A DNA stretch of 64,000 nucleotides from a bacterium. GTDB lineage: Bacteria > UBA8248. Within the stretch, counting starts at the first letter, position 1; every line of letters begins with the position of its first letter. The translations under genes were made by a program, and so were the position numbers. Positions 11,881 through 23,834 of the stretch are shown here, in pieces. Under the pieces are notes generated by a model. It made no database searches. It worked only from the letters and a program-made list of their open reading frames with translations, and had not been told where the DNA came from. Where the stretch lies: contig CBDBZY010000041.1 of assembly GCA_965213685.1 (NCBI GenBank), forward strand, positions 64,001-128,000, written 5' to 3'.

Positions 11881-12819
11881 AAAACAACACCACACACCAA
11901 GTATACCTCACCATCATTTGCATAACTGGCTTTCACTCCTCCACTGCAGCTTCCATAGCAAGTGTAATACATGCTTTCACAACATCTGTGTAGTGCTGCT
12001 TCTTGTACACTACAAATGTGTATATGAACACAGCAAACTAGAACGTTCATGTCTTACACCTAAGAGTAGATCTCTTGACATAGGACAAGAGGAGAAAGGT
12101 TGCAAAGGCATCCACTAGTGCATGAGCTTCTAATGTTCCACTGCCTTTGAAAGTGAATGCAGCACCTGAGGAAGGGCCTCCACAGCCACACCACAGTTGT
12201 AATTGTGGAGGGTGATGAGTGTGTACATGAGAATGATGAAGACAAGAGGGTAGACTGCTGTGATGTAGTCCAGAGAGAGTATCCGCAGCATTGTGGCATT
12301 TGGATGCAGGCAAGATGGAGGATAAACCAAAGTCAAGGTTCCATATGCTCAGATGGGCAATCAAAATATTGGCAGATATTGTACTGAAATTGTGCTAATA
12401 GTGGTGTATGTACCATGCCTCACTAATACATCAAGGTACAGGAGGTGAAGCAACAATCTGACAAAAACAAAAATTAATGATAAGGAAGCTAGTATGTAAC
12501 CACATTAAGTGCACTAGAGCTCTGGCCATGTTTGCATTAAAACCTGACCAACCACAGGGGCTGGTGATTGGCTGGAAGGAACAAGCATATCCAGACATCC
12601 AGCTGTTCTTAACCCACTACATAACATTGTTGCCTTTGTTCAATATACCATTTTCATTGTTTTGACCAATATAGTGAAAGGAGACTCAGTCAAGAAACAG
12701 GTTAATGGTGAATGTCCTGTGTCATTCCTGGTGAAACATGGACTCTGTTTACCCAACATCTGCTTTTTAACAGGATGGTGTTGTAGCAACTAGCTGCCAA
12801 ACTTACCTCTTCTCTTTCT

Positions 12820-13680
12820 CTAAAGCAAGCATAGAATTGAAATTCTGCCTCCAAAGCTCACAACAACAAAAGAAGCCCTCTCAATATTATCTAATACTTC
12901 GAAGTCTTTAAAAGCCTCTCCTATATATAATGTGGACCTGAGCTTAACCATGCACTATTCCCTACTGCTATCCTTGTAAACAGGACACTCCCATAAAACC
13001 TGCACAACACTCTCACACTCATCGCCACATAAAACACACCCAATCCTGCCATTCCTTCCCTTATGCCTACCTAACTCCTCATTCAAACCATGTGTTCCTG
13101 ACCTAAATTTAAACAAGAGTCTAATTCTGGCATCACTAACCCCATGAAGATACCTCTTGAACTCTACTTCCTTACCAAATGTTTCATACAACTCTAACTT
13201 AGCTATCCAATCCTTCCACATACTCCTTACTTTCCTTATTATTTACACATTCATTCACATTCGACAATAACAGGCTTAATGGACATTACCCCTTCCTAAC
13301 AATTCTCCCTTATGCAATCCTAGCACATCTACATACATATTTCAAGGCTTCCTCTGTTTTCCTCTATACGTGGTTTCACCTTGGACACCTCCTTACTGGC
13401 ATAGATGCTAGTTTATACCACCATTTGTCTCTACAACTCTTCAAGGTTCTAAACCCATGTCCCCTCTAACTGCCTCATTATACAGGTCCTAGAAGAGCAT
13501 CCAAGAATTGTTTTGCTCTCCCCAAGAGAATAGATTCTAAGGCACTTGCCTGACATTTATTGCACTCCCAACCTTCACTATATTATATATACTCTATAGA
13601 TAGATGCTAGGTCTAAGGACTGACAGAAACAAAAGTCTTCGGGCACTCACATTTCTATTCCTATTACTAGTAATACTGTG
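12820..13680 (-). mobile_element. Degraded non-LTR retrotransposon 3' region (RT C-terminus + zinc finger)
   Basis: LLFKFRSGTHGLNEELGRH..CVLCGDECESVVQVLWECPVY, with multiple stops upstream. Confidence 0.7.
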
Positions 13681-14876
13681 AATAGAGATAAAGAAGTACT
13701 TTCTAAGAGATTTGACAAGAGAGCCATTTAGAAATTATTATTCCACAAAGGTGGCATTAACGTATGAACAGCTGTCACTGTAGAGAGGCTATATAGCGAT
13801 TATGATGTCCTCCATCTGGACACCAACTGCTTTCACATTAGTGTACATGCAGATAAACACAATCATGCACATACACAAAAACATACACAAAAGCACTATT
13901 GCACACACAGTGAGCAGTATAGTAAGTATGTCCTTTCAACTTCCTCCTCACACTTGTTTGATGGAAAATTGCTGCCATCAATAATGCTGCATTCACTGTT
14001 TGAACATCCAGTGCCCAATCTCTGCACCACAAAGGAGGTTCCTATGGGCTCTCCATGCAGTATCCTCGTGAACATGTGCAACTGATCTCACAGATAAAAA
14101 GCCTTTTCTGATTCTCCCCATGTATCCAATGTCTCAATGCATACAGGAGAGAAAACATACTATTAATTTTATGAGGAAGTGAGGGAGGCACACATTTCTC
14201 TGCTTGAGATCTTCTACTCCACAGGCCACCATTGCAACTCCCCTACTACGCAGCAAATATATTTGTTGGTTTGACAATGATGCTTGTTATGTGGGACTCA
14301 TTGGAAGTTTGGATTTCATTCACCATAAATACCTTTTGTGCTGTCAGATCTGTATATATATATATATATATTACTCAGTTACAACATACAGGGACGTTCT
14401 TGTGCTTCAGGCTGCAACCATACAGTGAATGACCCTGGAACAAGGAAAGGGTACACTCTACTAGTAGTCTAATAATCTATAGGAATCTGTCTGCCCCAGA
14501 TACACACTCTGTTACACAGAATGATTGTTACATGCATTTCTCCTCCTTCTGGCTGCCCTACATTGCAAACAGAAGCACTACTTGTACTCTGGTCTCAACG
14601 GGCAGTATCTCATATGACAATCATGCATTGTTAAAGCAACAGATCCCTTTTGCTGTGCAGTCACAGTGGGATGAAATGAAGAGTGTTAGCAGTTTTAGCT
14701 AAATTGTGGACTGACAAAAGAATTTACAGCTATGTTGCAATGTGAACCTACAGACAAAGTTATTCACTCTTTAATGTAGTTACTGTTGCACCTGTGTACT
14801 GTGCTGATGGTTAGTTTGATATCTGGGGTCACCCCAGAGTACTGAAAACAACCTGGAGAGAATGGCATGCAACCAC

Positions 14877-14994
<118 letters not shown>

Positions 14995-15130
14995 AGTGTG
15001 ACTTTAAATAACATAGCACACTGTGAAATAAAGAATTTGTTGCGTTAAAATTTATTTAATCATGTGAGGCATTGGACACAACTGCATCCTGCAGATGTGT
15101 GGCGTGTTCATGTTGAAGCTATAGCACAAC

Positions 15131-15578
15131 TAGACCTTACGGGACCTTTTGCCAAAACGTGGAATTGAATAACTTTGTGGCACGTGATCAGTAACCGTTA
15201 GCTGAGCAAAGTCCTGAGACTGGTCCTGAGACTATACTGCAGGCAACCCTAGGACGAAATACATGAAAGCTTGTGCTCTAAAATATGGTAAAGTGTATGA
15301 CTACACAATCCCCAGCTTCTCCATGATCAATTACCGCTTAGATCTATACATGAGAAGGTCTAGCCATTGACTAAGCCATTTAGCAATTCAGTTTGTTTAA
15401 CTCTTGGGGCTCGAAAGTCAAACATGTCGTAAAAGGCCTAAACTTTGTTCTGATACTTGTTTAAAGCGAAGATCGTCGGGGCTCGCAGGTGCAAAAACAG
15501 CAAATTATTCTATGGTGGTTTAGTACAGTAAGCATGGATGACGTAATCCCGAATGGAAAAAGGTCACGTAAAGGTTAA
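15131..15578. mobile_element. Degenerate MITE
   Basis: ACCTTACGGGACCTTTT at ~15134 is an imperfect reverse complement of AAAAGGTCACGTAAAGGT at ~15558-15575. Confidence 0.45.
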
Positions 15579-16162
15579 GGGTGGTCAGACATTATGAATA
15601 TTAATGAGGCATGTGGTTGCTATGCTATTATATCTCGCAAAGTACAGTGCCTACCAATGTCGCGTTTGGGCCCTTATAGACACTGCAGACACTGCAACTC
15701 GTATACCAAGTTTCACAGCTCCAGCTTACCTAGTCACCGATAGTTACGGCGGTAAAATCTTGGACTCCTTCTCTATAAAACTTCTTAACCGATTTACCTA
15801 CCTCCCTGAAACTCAGGTACCAGGGCTATTCGAGCAAGCGCTAGCCATTAACGTGGCCGTTTTCACCGTATCTAGTACGCAAGCACGGGTTTTTGAACGT
15901 TTCTCGAATTTGGAGCGTTCAATTCGGAAAAACTCCACGTTACGGTCTGCGGTACCTGCCCACGATGACGCCAACGGAAGGTCGTCCCAATCAGGAAAAG
16001 CGCTACGGAGTTTTACAGAGTTATGCACGCTGCATACTTTAGACGAGCCAGATCTACTACGCTAATGCGAGCAGCTTTGCATATGGCTTCTACTAATTAA
16101 CCACGAAGCCCAGATCTGCGCATTCCTTTAGAGCCGCACAGTATCCATGTCCCCGACCACCC
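15579..16162. mobile_element. Kolobok-type MITE (TTAA TSD, GG..CC termini)
   Basis: TTAA-GGGTGGTC ... GACCACCC-TTAA. An empty-site duplicate lies at ~16211-16320. Confidence 0.75.
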
Positions 16163-16487
16163 TTAACCGTGTCGACCCTGACCTCTGGAACGAGGCTATA
16201 TACCTCACGAAAAAACAGCAAATTATTCTATTGTGAGTACAGTAAGCATGGATGACGTAATCCCTAATTGAAAAGGTCACGTAAAGGTTAATCTTGTCTG
16301 GAACGAGGCTACCTCACGACATACTCCTAGCGGCCTTTGGCCATTGCGTAATCTTTTCCGTTCTAGTATAAAGAAACGAAATTTTTGAGAGTCGCCAATA
16401 TTAAAAACTTTACGGTACTCCACTACCCTCGTACGCGGACGGCTATTCCACCGCCAAAGGGTCGAGGCTAGGTATTCCACGATCCAC

Positions 16488-17357
16488 ATGGCGTACTGCA
16501 GAGTAGACTTTAGCGATCTGGTAGATCTGCGTGAGAGACTGAAGCCAGAATTGCCTAGAGCCGGTTCATTGTGCACTTCCGTCAGGAACGTGATCGAAGG
16601 ACGAGTGGAGGGCCATTTCTACACGGACGGATGGCCAGAGTTCACCACGGTCGTATTCCAGTGCCTCCAGCCCAGACTCTCTGATGAATGTGACCTCCAC
16701 TGCTACACTACCTCCAAACAACGGCTACCCTCTCTCCTGGAGCAGGCTCACCTCGTGACCAGCGGTCAGTGGCAGTACGTGGAAATTGTGGAGGATGATG
16801 CTAACACAGTAACCGATTACTTGGTCCAAAACCTCCAACTTGATGGAAAAGCCAAATTGCTCCCAACCATTGATTACTCAGTAACGGAATATAGAATGTA
16901 TGCCTTGCTAGAACAGCTCCCAACTACCAATACTGAGTGTCCTGAGGGTTACATCCTTGGGAGACTGACAGTTGAACACAGTACATTTCTGTCATTTCAA
17001 GGAGGTCAATGGGTTAACTCCCTGGGAAGGCCTCCTAGTGTGGTAAAGGAGTATTATAAACAATGCATCCAGAGGTTTCCTAGTGCTGCTGCCTACTGTG
17101 ATTCTGATCCTTCCACACTAGTCGCCTGGCAGATGCAACATGCCCACAATGGTGCATTGGGAAACCTCTTCACTGTTGAAGGACATCGAAGGAAAGGGTT
17201 GGCTACTGCTGTCAAGCATGAAGTATGTCAGATGATCTTGGCTCGGGGTGATACTCCAATATCATCAGTACATCCATCATCAGTTCCAAATATCAAAGTG
17301 CATGGCAAACTAGGCTTCAAACATGTTGGCATTGTTAAGGACCTGTACCTGCATTAA
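16488..17357 (+). CDS. GNAT-family acyltransferase, glycine N-acyltransferase (GLYAT)-like, copy 1, intronless, 289 aa
   Basis: N-terminal FYTDGWPEFTTVV. C-terminal GNAT motif A LFTVEGHRRKGLATAV and H.KLGF. Confidence 0.85.
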   Translation: MAYCRVDFSDLVDLRERLKPELPRAGSLCTSVRNVIEGRVEGHFYTDGWPEFTTVVFQCLQPRLSDECDLHCYTTSKQRLPSLLEQAHLVTSGQWQYVEIVEDDANTVTDYLVQNLQLDGKAKLLPTIDYSVTEYRMYALLEQLPTTNTECPEGYILGRLTVEHSTFLSFQGGQWVNSLGRPPSVVKEYYKQCIQRFPSAAAYCDSDPSTLVAWQMQHAHNGALGNLFTVEGHRRKGLATAVKHEVCQMILARGDTPISSVHPSSVPNIKVHGKLGFKHVGIVKDLYLH

Positions 17358-18158
17358 CTGTAATATCATACAGGTTGGCCTATGTACACATGTAGTCTGT
17401 CTATGTAATAATTGTATGTGTACATGCAGTATGCACGTATATAAGTCCATAAGTATTGGCGACACATTTGTACGTGGGCACATGTTTGTACAGATAATTT
17501 TGAGAGAAGCCATACACAGCTACAGCTCTACTAGCGATCGCCCTAGTAATGAAATTGCTCTTCTCAATGCCATGTCTAAATATTATCCACGATAGGCAAA
17601 TTAGCTAAATTAGCACATGCGGATATTTGTTTGCGCACCAATGGATCTTACTTTTATGACACTAGGCTAGTTGGTAGCGTCGATACATATGGAATAACCG
17701 TACTTAGGCTAGAAACCTTTTGATGCCGAAATCGACAGTTCATAGAGCCTTGCGTGAGTGCCGTTACAGCTCGCCCGCATTACGCATGTACATTGAAGCG
17801 GTATTGCTCGGGCAGCGCATAACGGAGAAAGTCTTAGGACTTACAGTCGAGTTACGTCTCCTACGTCTCTAACGAATATTTCTAAGCATTCAGAACAAAA
17901 ATCAACCTTCGTGCCCCAGAGCAAAGGTAGAAACGCATGCTAAAATCGATTAAAAATGCTGAGTCGGCAGTTTCGAACGGCAAGTTGCCGCTTCCTTTGT
18001 AGCGCCTCTGTGCGTTGTATGACGCTACCACGCGATACACGCGTTATTTGATCTTTCTGCTATCATGTATACCAGCTCACCACAATAGAATATTTGTGGC
18101 CAGCAATATAAAATCGTGCCAAATGGCTCACTTACCGGATAAAGGGGATATGCATGCG

Positions 18159-18883
18159 CATAGGCGTATGAGAGGCATAAATATTGGGGAGGCGGCGGGC
18201 AGCCCGCCCGACCCCGGTAGTGTTGTTCTAATTAACTATATATAACTAAGACTAAAATGTGTTTTAGTACACACATTTTCCTTCTAGTAATTGAACTATA
18301 ACCAATAAGGATACCTAGTAACTGAGTAATATGGGAGCTCATGAACTATATATATACTAGGACTAAAACTCTAAAAAGGGTAAAAACTGAAATATTTATT
18401 CCAGGTTTAGTTATAGAAGATCACTTAGCATTTACAAAATATTCTGCATACTGATGCTTGACTCTTTATGAGCGACAGATATGAGTGGGTGATTGGGTAA
18501 ATTCGTACAAGAGAGTATTCCACTGGTATTCAGATTGTACAGAAGTATTATAGGGCATTACTTTGCTGTATTCCAGGAAATTCCCTATAAGTTGAACTTA
18601 AACTAATTTAAGAGTCTGTTGATAACTAGAACTAGAACTAAAACTATCTTGTACATTGGTAACTAAAACTAAACATATTTGTAGAGTTTAACAATAACTG
18701 TAACTAAAACTAAAACTCAAATCACATACTAAAACAACAATTGGGGGGGGGGGGGGGGGGGGCCGACAGAGTGCAAAGCACTTTGGAGAAGAGTTTTTAG
18801 TAACTGTTATATATCAACAAGACATCTAAGAATCAGGCCTAAAATATTGAGGGGGGCTCCAGCCCCCCCTTCCTACACCTATG
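18159..18883. mobile_element. MITE (CATAGG..CCTATG) with a nested AACTAAAACT-rich element at ~18218-18742
   Basis: CATAGGCGTA / TACACCTATG imperfect TIR. No TSD recognised. Confidence 0.5.
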
Positions 18884-19949
18884 ATTAGGCCTTGATGGAT
18901 TATTTTTATTTTTCTACCTATTACTCTATTCTTTTATTCTTGAAAGTCTTACCTATTATTCTTTTCATTATTCTCATTAGAACGTACTACAAAGTTTAAC
19001 CAGAACTGGTCCAGTAGCATCACAAACAATACACATACACACTATAGTGATATAGTTATTCGTGGACTGCAGCATGCACATGTGACCCTGCTGATGCAGA
19101 TGGCAAAAGACACAGGTAGTGGGAAAAATAACTGCCAGCAAGAATAGACCACAGGGTCAAAACCTGGACAGACTGGAATCATTCACATGACTGCAAAAGG
19201 TACCTATTATTCCTTCCTCCCCCCCCAAAACCCTAATCTGCATTTCTGGAAAAATGTTAAACCACCCTCTCCTTGCAGTTATAGCAAAACGATTTGCTTG
19301 CATAAGACCACTTTGTCATAGTGATACAAAGCACCAAAGTGAAGATTCTGTATACCCACCGTAGGTTTTGAAACAGAATCACCTATATGTGTGCTTTAGA
19401 CAAATGGTCCTGTTGCCTCAACATGTACCTGTCACAGATGGAAGTTCTGTGGCTGTTGATACTGTAGTATGTAATGATACCTTTCACTTTAATGCAGTAT
19501 TTTGAAACTCCACTTGAGTATGCACTTAGAAAATGAATATCATCATTACGTATAACAATAAGATGTGCTTGTAGTATCAGTTCAATGAACTTATTATGTG
19601 TGCATGCTGTGCAATGCCAAAGTACACTTGTATAGTAGCAAGCATGAAGCAAAAAACAGATCCTATTTTGCTTTTTTCATTTATTTTGCTTTCTTCATCA
19701 CTTTTTACTACTTAGTAATAACTTTGCTCAGCTAGTTGCTACAACACCATCATTTTTACAAAAGAAGCAACTGTTGGGTAAACAGAGTCCATGGTTTACC
19801 AGCCCACACAGCATGAATGAAAAGAAGTAATAAGTTTAAGACTGCTTCAGTTTACAATTAAATTGCCTACTCTTTACTATGCACGAACATGCATGCATGC
19901 ATGCACACATCTCATTCTTCTTCCTAACTTATTGCTCCTCCATCATCAG

Positions 19950-21200
19950 TTGCCTCCCCTCCAGGCACCCTCTCACTTGCCATGTCATATCAGTCAGGCG
20001 CATTTTTTCAGGTTGCTGAGGACTAGATTATTCCATCATTGTTTCTGACCCCTTACCACTCTGTGGATGGCACATTATATAGGAAGCACTTAGGAATGTG
20101 AGTGTCATTCATCCTCTTCAGGTGGCCTAACCACCTCAACCTCCCCTGCATCACCATGAACTTTACCCTCTTGATACTGGCCTTCACGTGTAGCTTGCAT
20201 GGTATATTTCTCTTCTTGTCTCACCTTGTCACACACAAAATCACACACAGACAACCCATGATGAAGGCCTGCAAGCACTTCGTTGGATGACAGAAGGGAT
20301 CCAGGTCTCAGACCTATACAGTAGGGTGGAGAGGATCACAGTCCTGAACAGGCACAACAAGTGGATGTTTTGAGTCTCTTCCTGCATCATGCGTAACACA
20401 TAGTACAGGGAACTGAAGGAACAAGCAGCTTTGTTGATATGCAAACTGATCCCTCTGTCCAGGGTGCAGTCCTGGGTGATGGTGCTGCCAAGATACCTGA
20501 ACACCCACTACAGCCACTTGCTCCTCATCTGGCTTCAGATGGACAGTGCGGGGCAGGGAAACATGAGAAGTAGAGGGACAGACAGCAAGGATCTTGGTCT
20601 TACTGCTTCATGGAGAGACCAACCCCAGAACAGAGAGTGTTCAATGACCTCGGTACTTCCTCCAAAGCATCCACGACTCACTAATGAGCACCACATGATT
20701 GGTATACTCCTACAGGTTAGAGAACTGCCTCTCATTCTCTTCCTGCTCCTCACCAACGTGTCTCCAAGATCATCTTGGTCCCACTGTGGGGGTGCTGAGC
20801 TAGCATGGCAGCAATGACTTGAGTCAAAGAAAAAATTGAACAGGGTATCCCTCTCTGACTCCAGCGGAGATCTTGAACTCCCCTGAGACCCTGCCATGTG
20901 CCCTCATAGCTCCCCTGGTGCCTGAGTGCAGTGCTCTGAGGATGCATATATATCAGTTTGTCAGGAAGATGTATATGGTACTTTTTCTACAAAGCCATCC
21001 ATAGGGTTCCACAATTCACTGAATCATAAGTTTTCTGCAGGTCCACAAATGAGAAGTACATAGGGGTGTTGCCTTCTCAGCCAGGACTCAAAGCATACCT
21101 GATTGATGCAACCGCAACTTTTGTGGAAGCCACATTGACTTTCTCCTAATAGATGTTCGGCCCTCTCTGCTATCCTCCTCTGGATGACCTTGCATGCAGA
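19950..21200 (-). mobile_element. Degraded RTE-like LINE reverse transcriptase
   Basis: FRYLGSTITQDCTLD..I...INKA..F..L and VILSTLLY.SETW, with many stops and frameshifts. Confidence 0.7.
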
Positions 21201-21479
21201 AGACCTTTCCTGGGACAGAGAGCAAGGCTATGCTTCTGTAGTTGTCACAGTCCTGCATGAGTGGATCCTTTCTTGTGCAGTACTGCCTTAACCAGTCTCT
21301 TGGTACTCATTTGGGAGCCCCATATCCACTTGATACAGTGGTTGTTGACAGGCTCATATCGGAAATGGATCCTGAACTGTGGACCTTCATTCATTCCATT
21401 ACAAGGTCAATCTCAGAGTCTAAGGGGTATGATGTCAAGACAAATGATTCCACGGCACACTTTTGTCATCTCAAGTAGG

Positions 21480-21810
21480 CACGTGGATTGCTTCTATTGG
21501 AAGGCCTGCCAGTGTAGCTGAGAAATACTTTAAAGAGTGTATCGGGAGACTTGATAGCGCTGCCACCTACTGTGAATCAGATTCCACCGCACCAGTGGCC
21601 TGGTGTGTGGAGTTTTGCAATGAGTGATGATGTGAACAATCTCTTCATTCCTGGGAGGCATCAAAAGAAAGCACTAAGGACTGTTGTCAAATTTCTGTGT
21701 CAGACAAAAGTTTCAGTTCTTGTTGATGGTTCACCTGCAAGTATACAGACGTAACTGGCAGACAGAAAACTAGGATGTCAATATATTGGTAGAATGAGAG
21801 CTGTTGATTT
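21480..21810 (+). pseudogene. GNAT/GLYAT-like C-terminal fragment
   Basis: Translates WIASIGRPASVAEKYFKECIGRLDSAATYCESDSTAPVAWC, matching the intact copies, then frameshifts. Confidence 0.75.
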
Positions 21811-22080
21811 ACTCAATCACTGTTACTTGGTGGTCATGGTACATATTCATAAAGCAAAATTACCTGTACGAGGGCTGTCAATTTTTCTCAGGGCCACACT
21901 GCCTCACACTGCAAGGCTTGAGAGTGTTCATGCACATATGCATCTAGAGTTTGTATGTGTAGTAGCATAATTATATTACTGACAGTATTTTTGTATGCAG
22001 CACTGCGCCAGTACGTGGTGGGAAGGTGCACCCCAATCCTTTTGAGCATGCGCACTGATACGCAAGGGTCAGAGGTCGTG

Positions 22081-23034
22081 ATGGCAATGTTCAGTCTGCT
22101 CGCTTGTGTCCGACGCCTTCGTTGGCCGTTATGGACGCGGAAGGTTGTTCAACACCACGCTACCGACACGTCGACACACAGCTGTACCGCTATCCGATTA
22201 GACACCAGTGATCTGGGGCAGCTACGTGCGAAGATGAAGGCAGGACCACCTACAGCTAGTGCATTATGTAATTCACTCAGGAACGTGATCGAAGGACGAG
22301 TGGAGGGACATTTCTACACGGACGGATGGCCAGAGTTCACCACGGTCGTGTTCCAGTGCCTCCAGCCCAGACTCTCTGACGTGTGTGACCTCCACTGCTA
22401 CACTACCTCCAAACAGCAACTGCACTGGGTCTTGGAACAGGCTCGCCTCGTGACCAGTGGTCAGTGGCAGTATATACAAATTGTGGAGGATGATGATGCA
22501 GTAGTTGATTATGTGGTCCAAAACATCCGACCCAATGGACAAACAAGGTTGAGCCGTGGTGATTATGCAGTACATGATAATGGAATGTATGCACTTGTAG
22601 GGCAGCTCCCAACCACCAGTGCCGAGTGTCCTGAGGGGTACAGACTTGGAGAGCTGGCAGCTGAGCACAGCACACTTGTGTCATCTCAAGCAGGCATGTG
22701 GATTACTTCATTTGGACAGGAGAAATTCATGAAAGAATGTATCCAGAATCTTCAAAGTGCCGCTGTCTTCTGTGATTCTGATCCCACCACTCCAGTGGCT
22801 TGGTGCATGCAGTTTGGTGTGAGTGGTGAGGTGGGCAATCTCTACACACTCGAGGAGTACCGAAGGAAAGGTCTAGGCACTGCAGTGAAAAGAGCATTTT
22901 GTCGGAAGCTGTTATCTCAGGGAGATATACCATTTTCAGTTGTTCTAGATGGTGCACCTACTAGTAGTGTTAAGTGGCAAAGCAAAGCTGCATTTCAGCA
23001 CGTTGGCAGAATGAAAGAGTTGATCTTGTTTTAA
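22081..23034 (+). CDS. GNAT/GLYAT-like acyltransferase copy 2, with an Arg-rich N-terminal extension (possible mitochondrial presequence)
   Basis: MAMFSLLACVRRLRWPLWTRK precedes the shared core. Motif A LYTLEEYRRKGLGTAV. The ORF is open from 21955, so the start choice is inferred. Confidence 0.8.
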   Translation: MAMFSLLACVRRLRWPLWTRKVVQHHATDTSTHSCTAIRLDTSDLGQLRAKMKAGPPTASALCNSLRNVIEGRVEGHFYTDGWPEFTTVVFQCLQPRLSDVCDLHCYTTSKQQLHWVLEQARLVTSGQWQYIQIVEDDDAVVDYVVQNIRPNGQTRLSRGDYAVHDNGMYALVGQLPTTSAECPEGYRLGELAAEHSTLVSSQAGMWITSFGQEKFMKECIQNLQSAAVFCDSDPTTPVAWCMQFGVSGEVGNLYTLEEYRRKGLGTAVKRAFCRKLLSQGDIPFSVVLDGAPTSSVKWQSKAAFQHVGRMKELILF

Positions 23035-23468
23035 GCCACTCTTTGTTTGGAGCTCATGTACACAAAACCAAGTGTTTCTATTGGCACTGTCAATGCTTCT
23101 GCAAAGTGACCCTTTCAGAGAACCATGCAGCTGTGTGTAACCATTCATATGTTTTGATCGTTCACACTGTAGGAGTCTGATATTAGCAGAGAAGGGCAAT
23201 TTGCAATGACTTTGGTTTGTCGAGTACATGTTTCCCTTAGACGTATTACATTGCAGGGAGGCAAAACTACACACTTGTGTGGGGGTTTCCCCTGCTTGCC
23301 ACTCCTGCAGTATACTGTAGCCTACTACTTAACCTGGTATGTTATAATAACATACCATGCCAGGTTAAGTAGTGTTTGTAGGTATTATGTTACAAACGTG
23401 CATGTATGTTTCTGCTTGTTAAGCTCTCTGTATACAACAAAACTGCATGAACTGATGTATAATTATTT

Positions 23469-23834
23469 TTAGACCATAGCCACCTCAAATCCTGCAATGT
23501 GATTGGTCAGCAGAAGGGCTCTGAAAACTCATAGATCCCTACAGAATCTACATGAATTGGCTATAGTGCCCTACAACTTTATCAAATTACCCTAACAGTT
23601 TTCTTGTTAAAGTTGTAGACTATATGTTAAAGTTGTAGGGCTCTATGATGTTTACTTGTTAAAGTTGTATAATTGCCAGACTATGGTCTAAACAACTTAG
23701 ATACTGTGTCCAATGGGATCTACGGTATTTAGAAACCCGAGGGCCCTGGGCTGTAGTGTCCCGAGCGCAGCGAGGGCACTACTAAGGGCCCGAGGGTTTC
23801 TAAATACCGTAGATCCCTTGGACACAGTATCTAA
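23469..23834. repeat. Two-module palindromic cassette element (M1+M2)
   Basis: TTAGACCATAG..CTATGGTCTAA, spacer ACAAC, then TTAGATACTGTG..CACAGTATCTAA. Second copy at 31883-32238. Confidence 0.85.

Noticed and set aside
15604-16065. 153-aa ORF
   Set aside because: It lies wholly inside a MITE and has no recognisable motif.
17510-18130. CpG-rich MITE-like segment after GNAT copy 1
   Set aside because: No TIR pair or TSD could be identified.
21230-21478. Possible Academ-like transposase fragment (DPELWTFIHSITRSISE)
   Set aside because: Short, without termini, and the resemblance rests on recall only.
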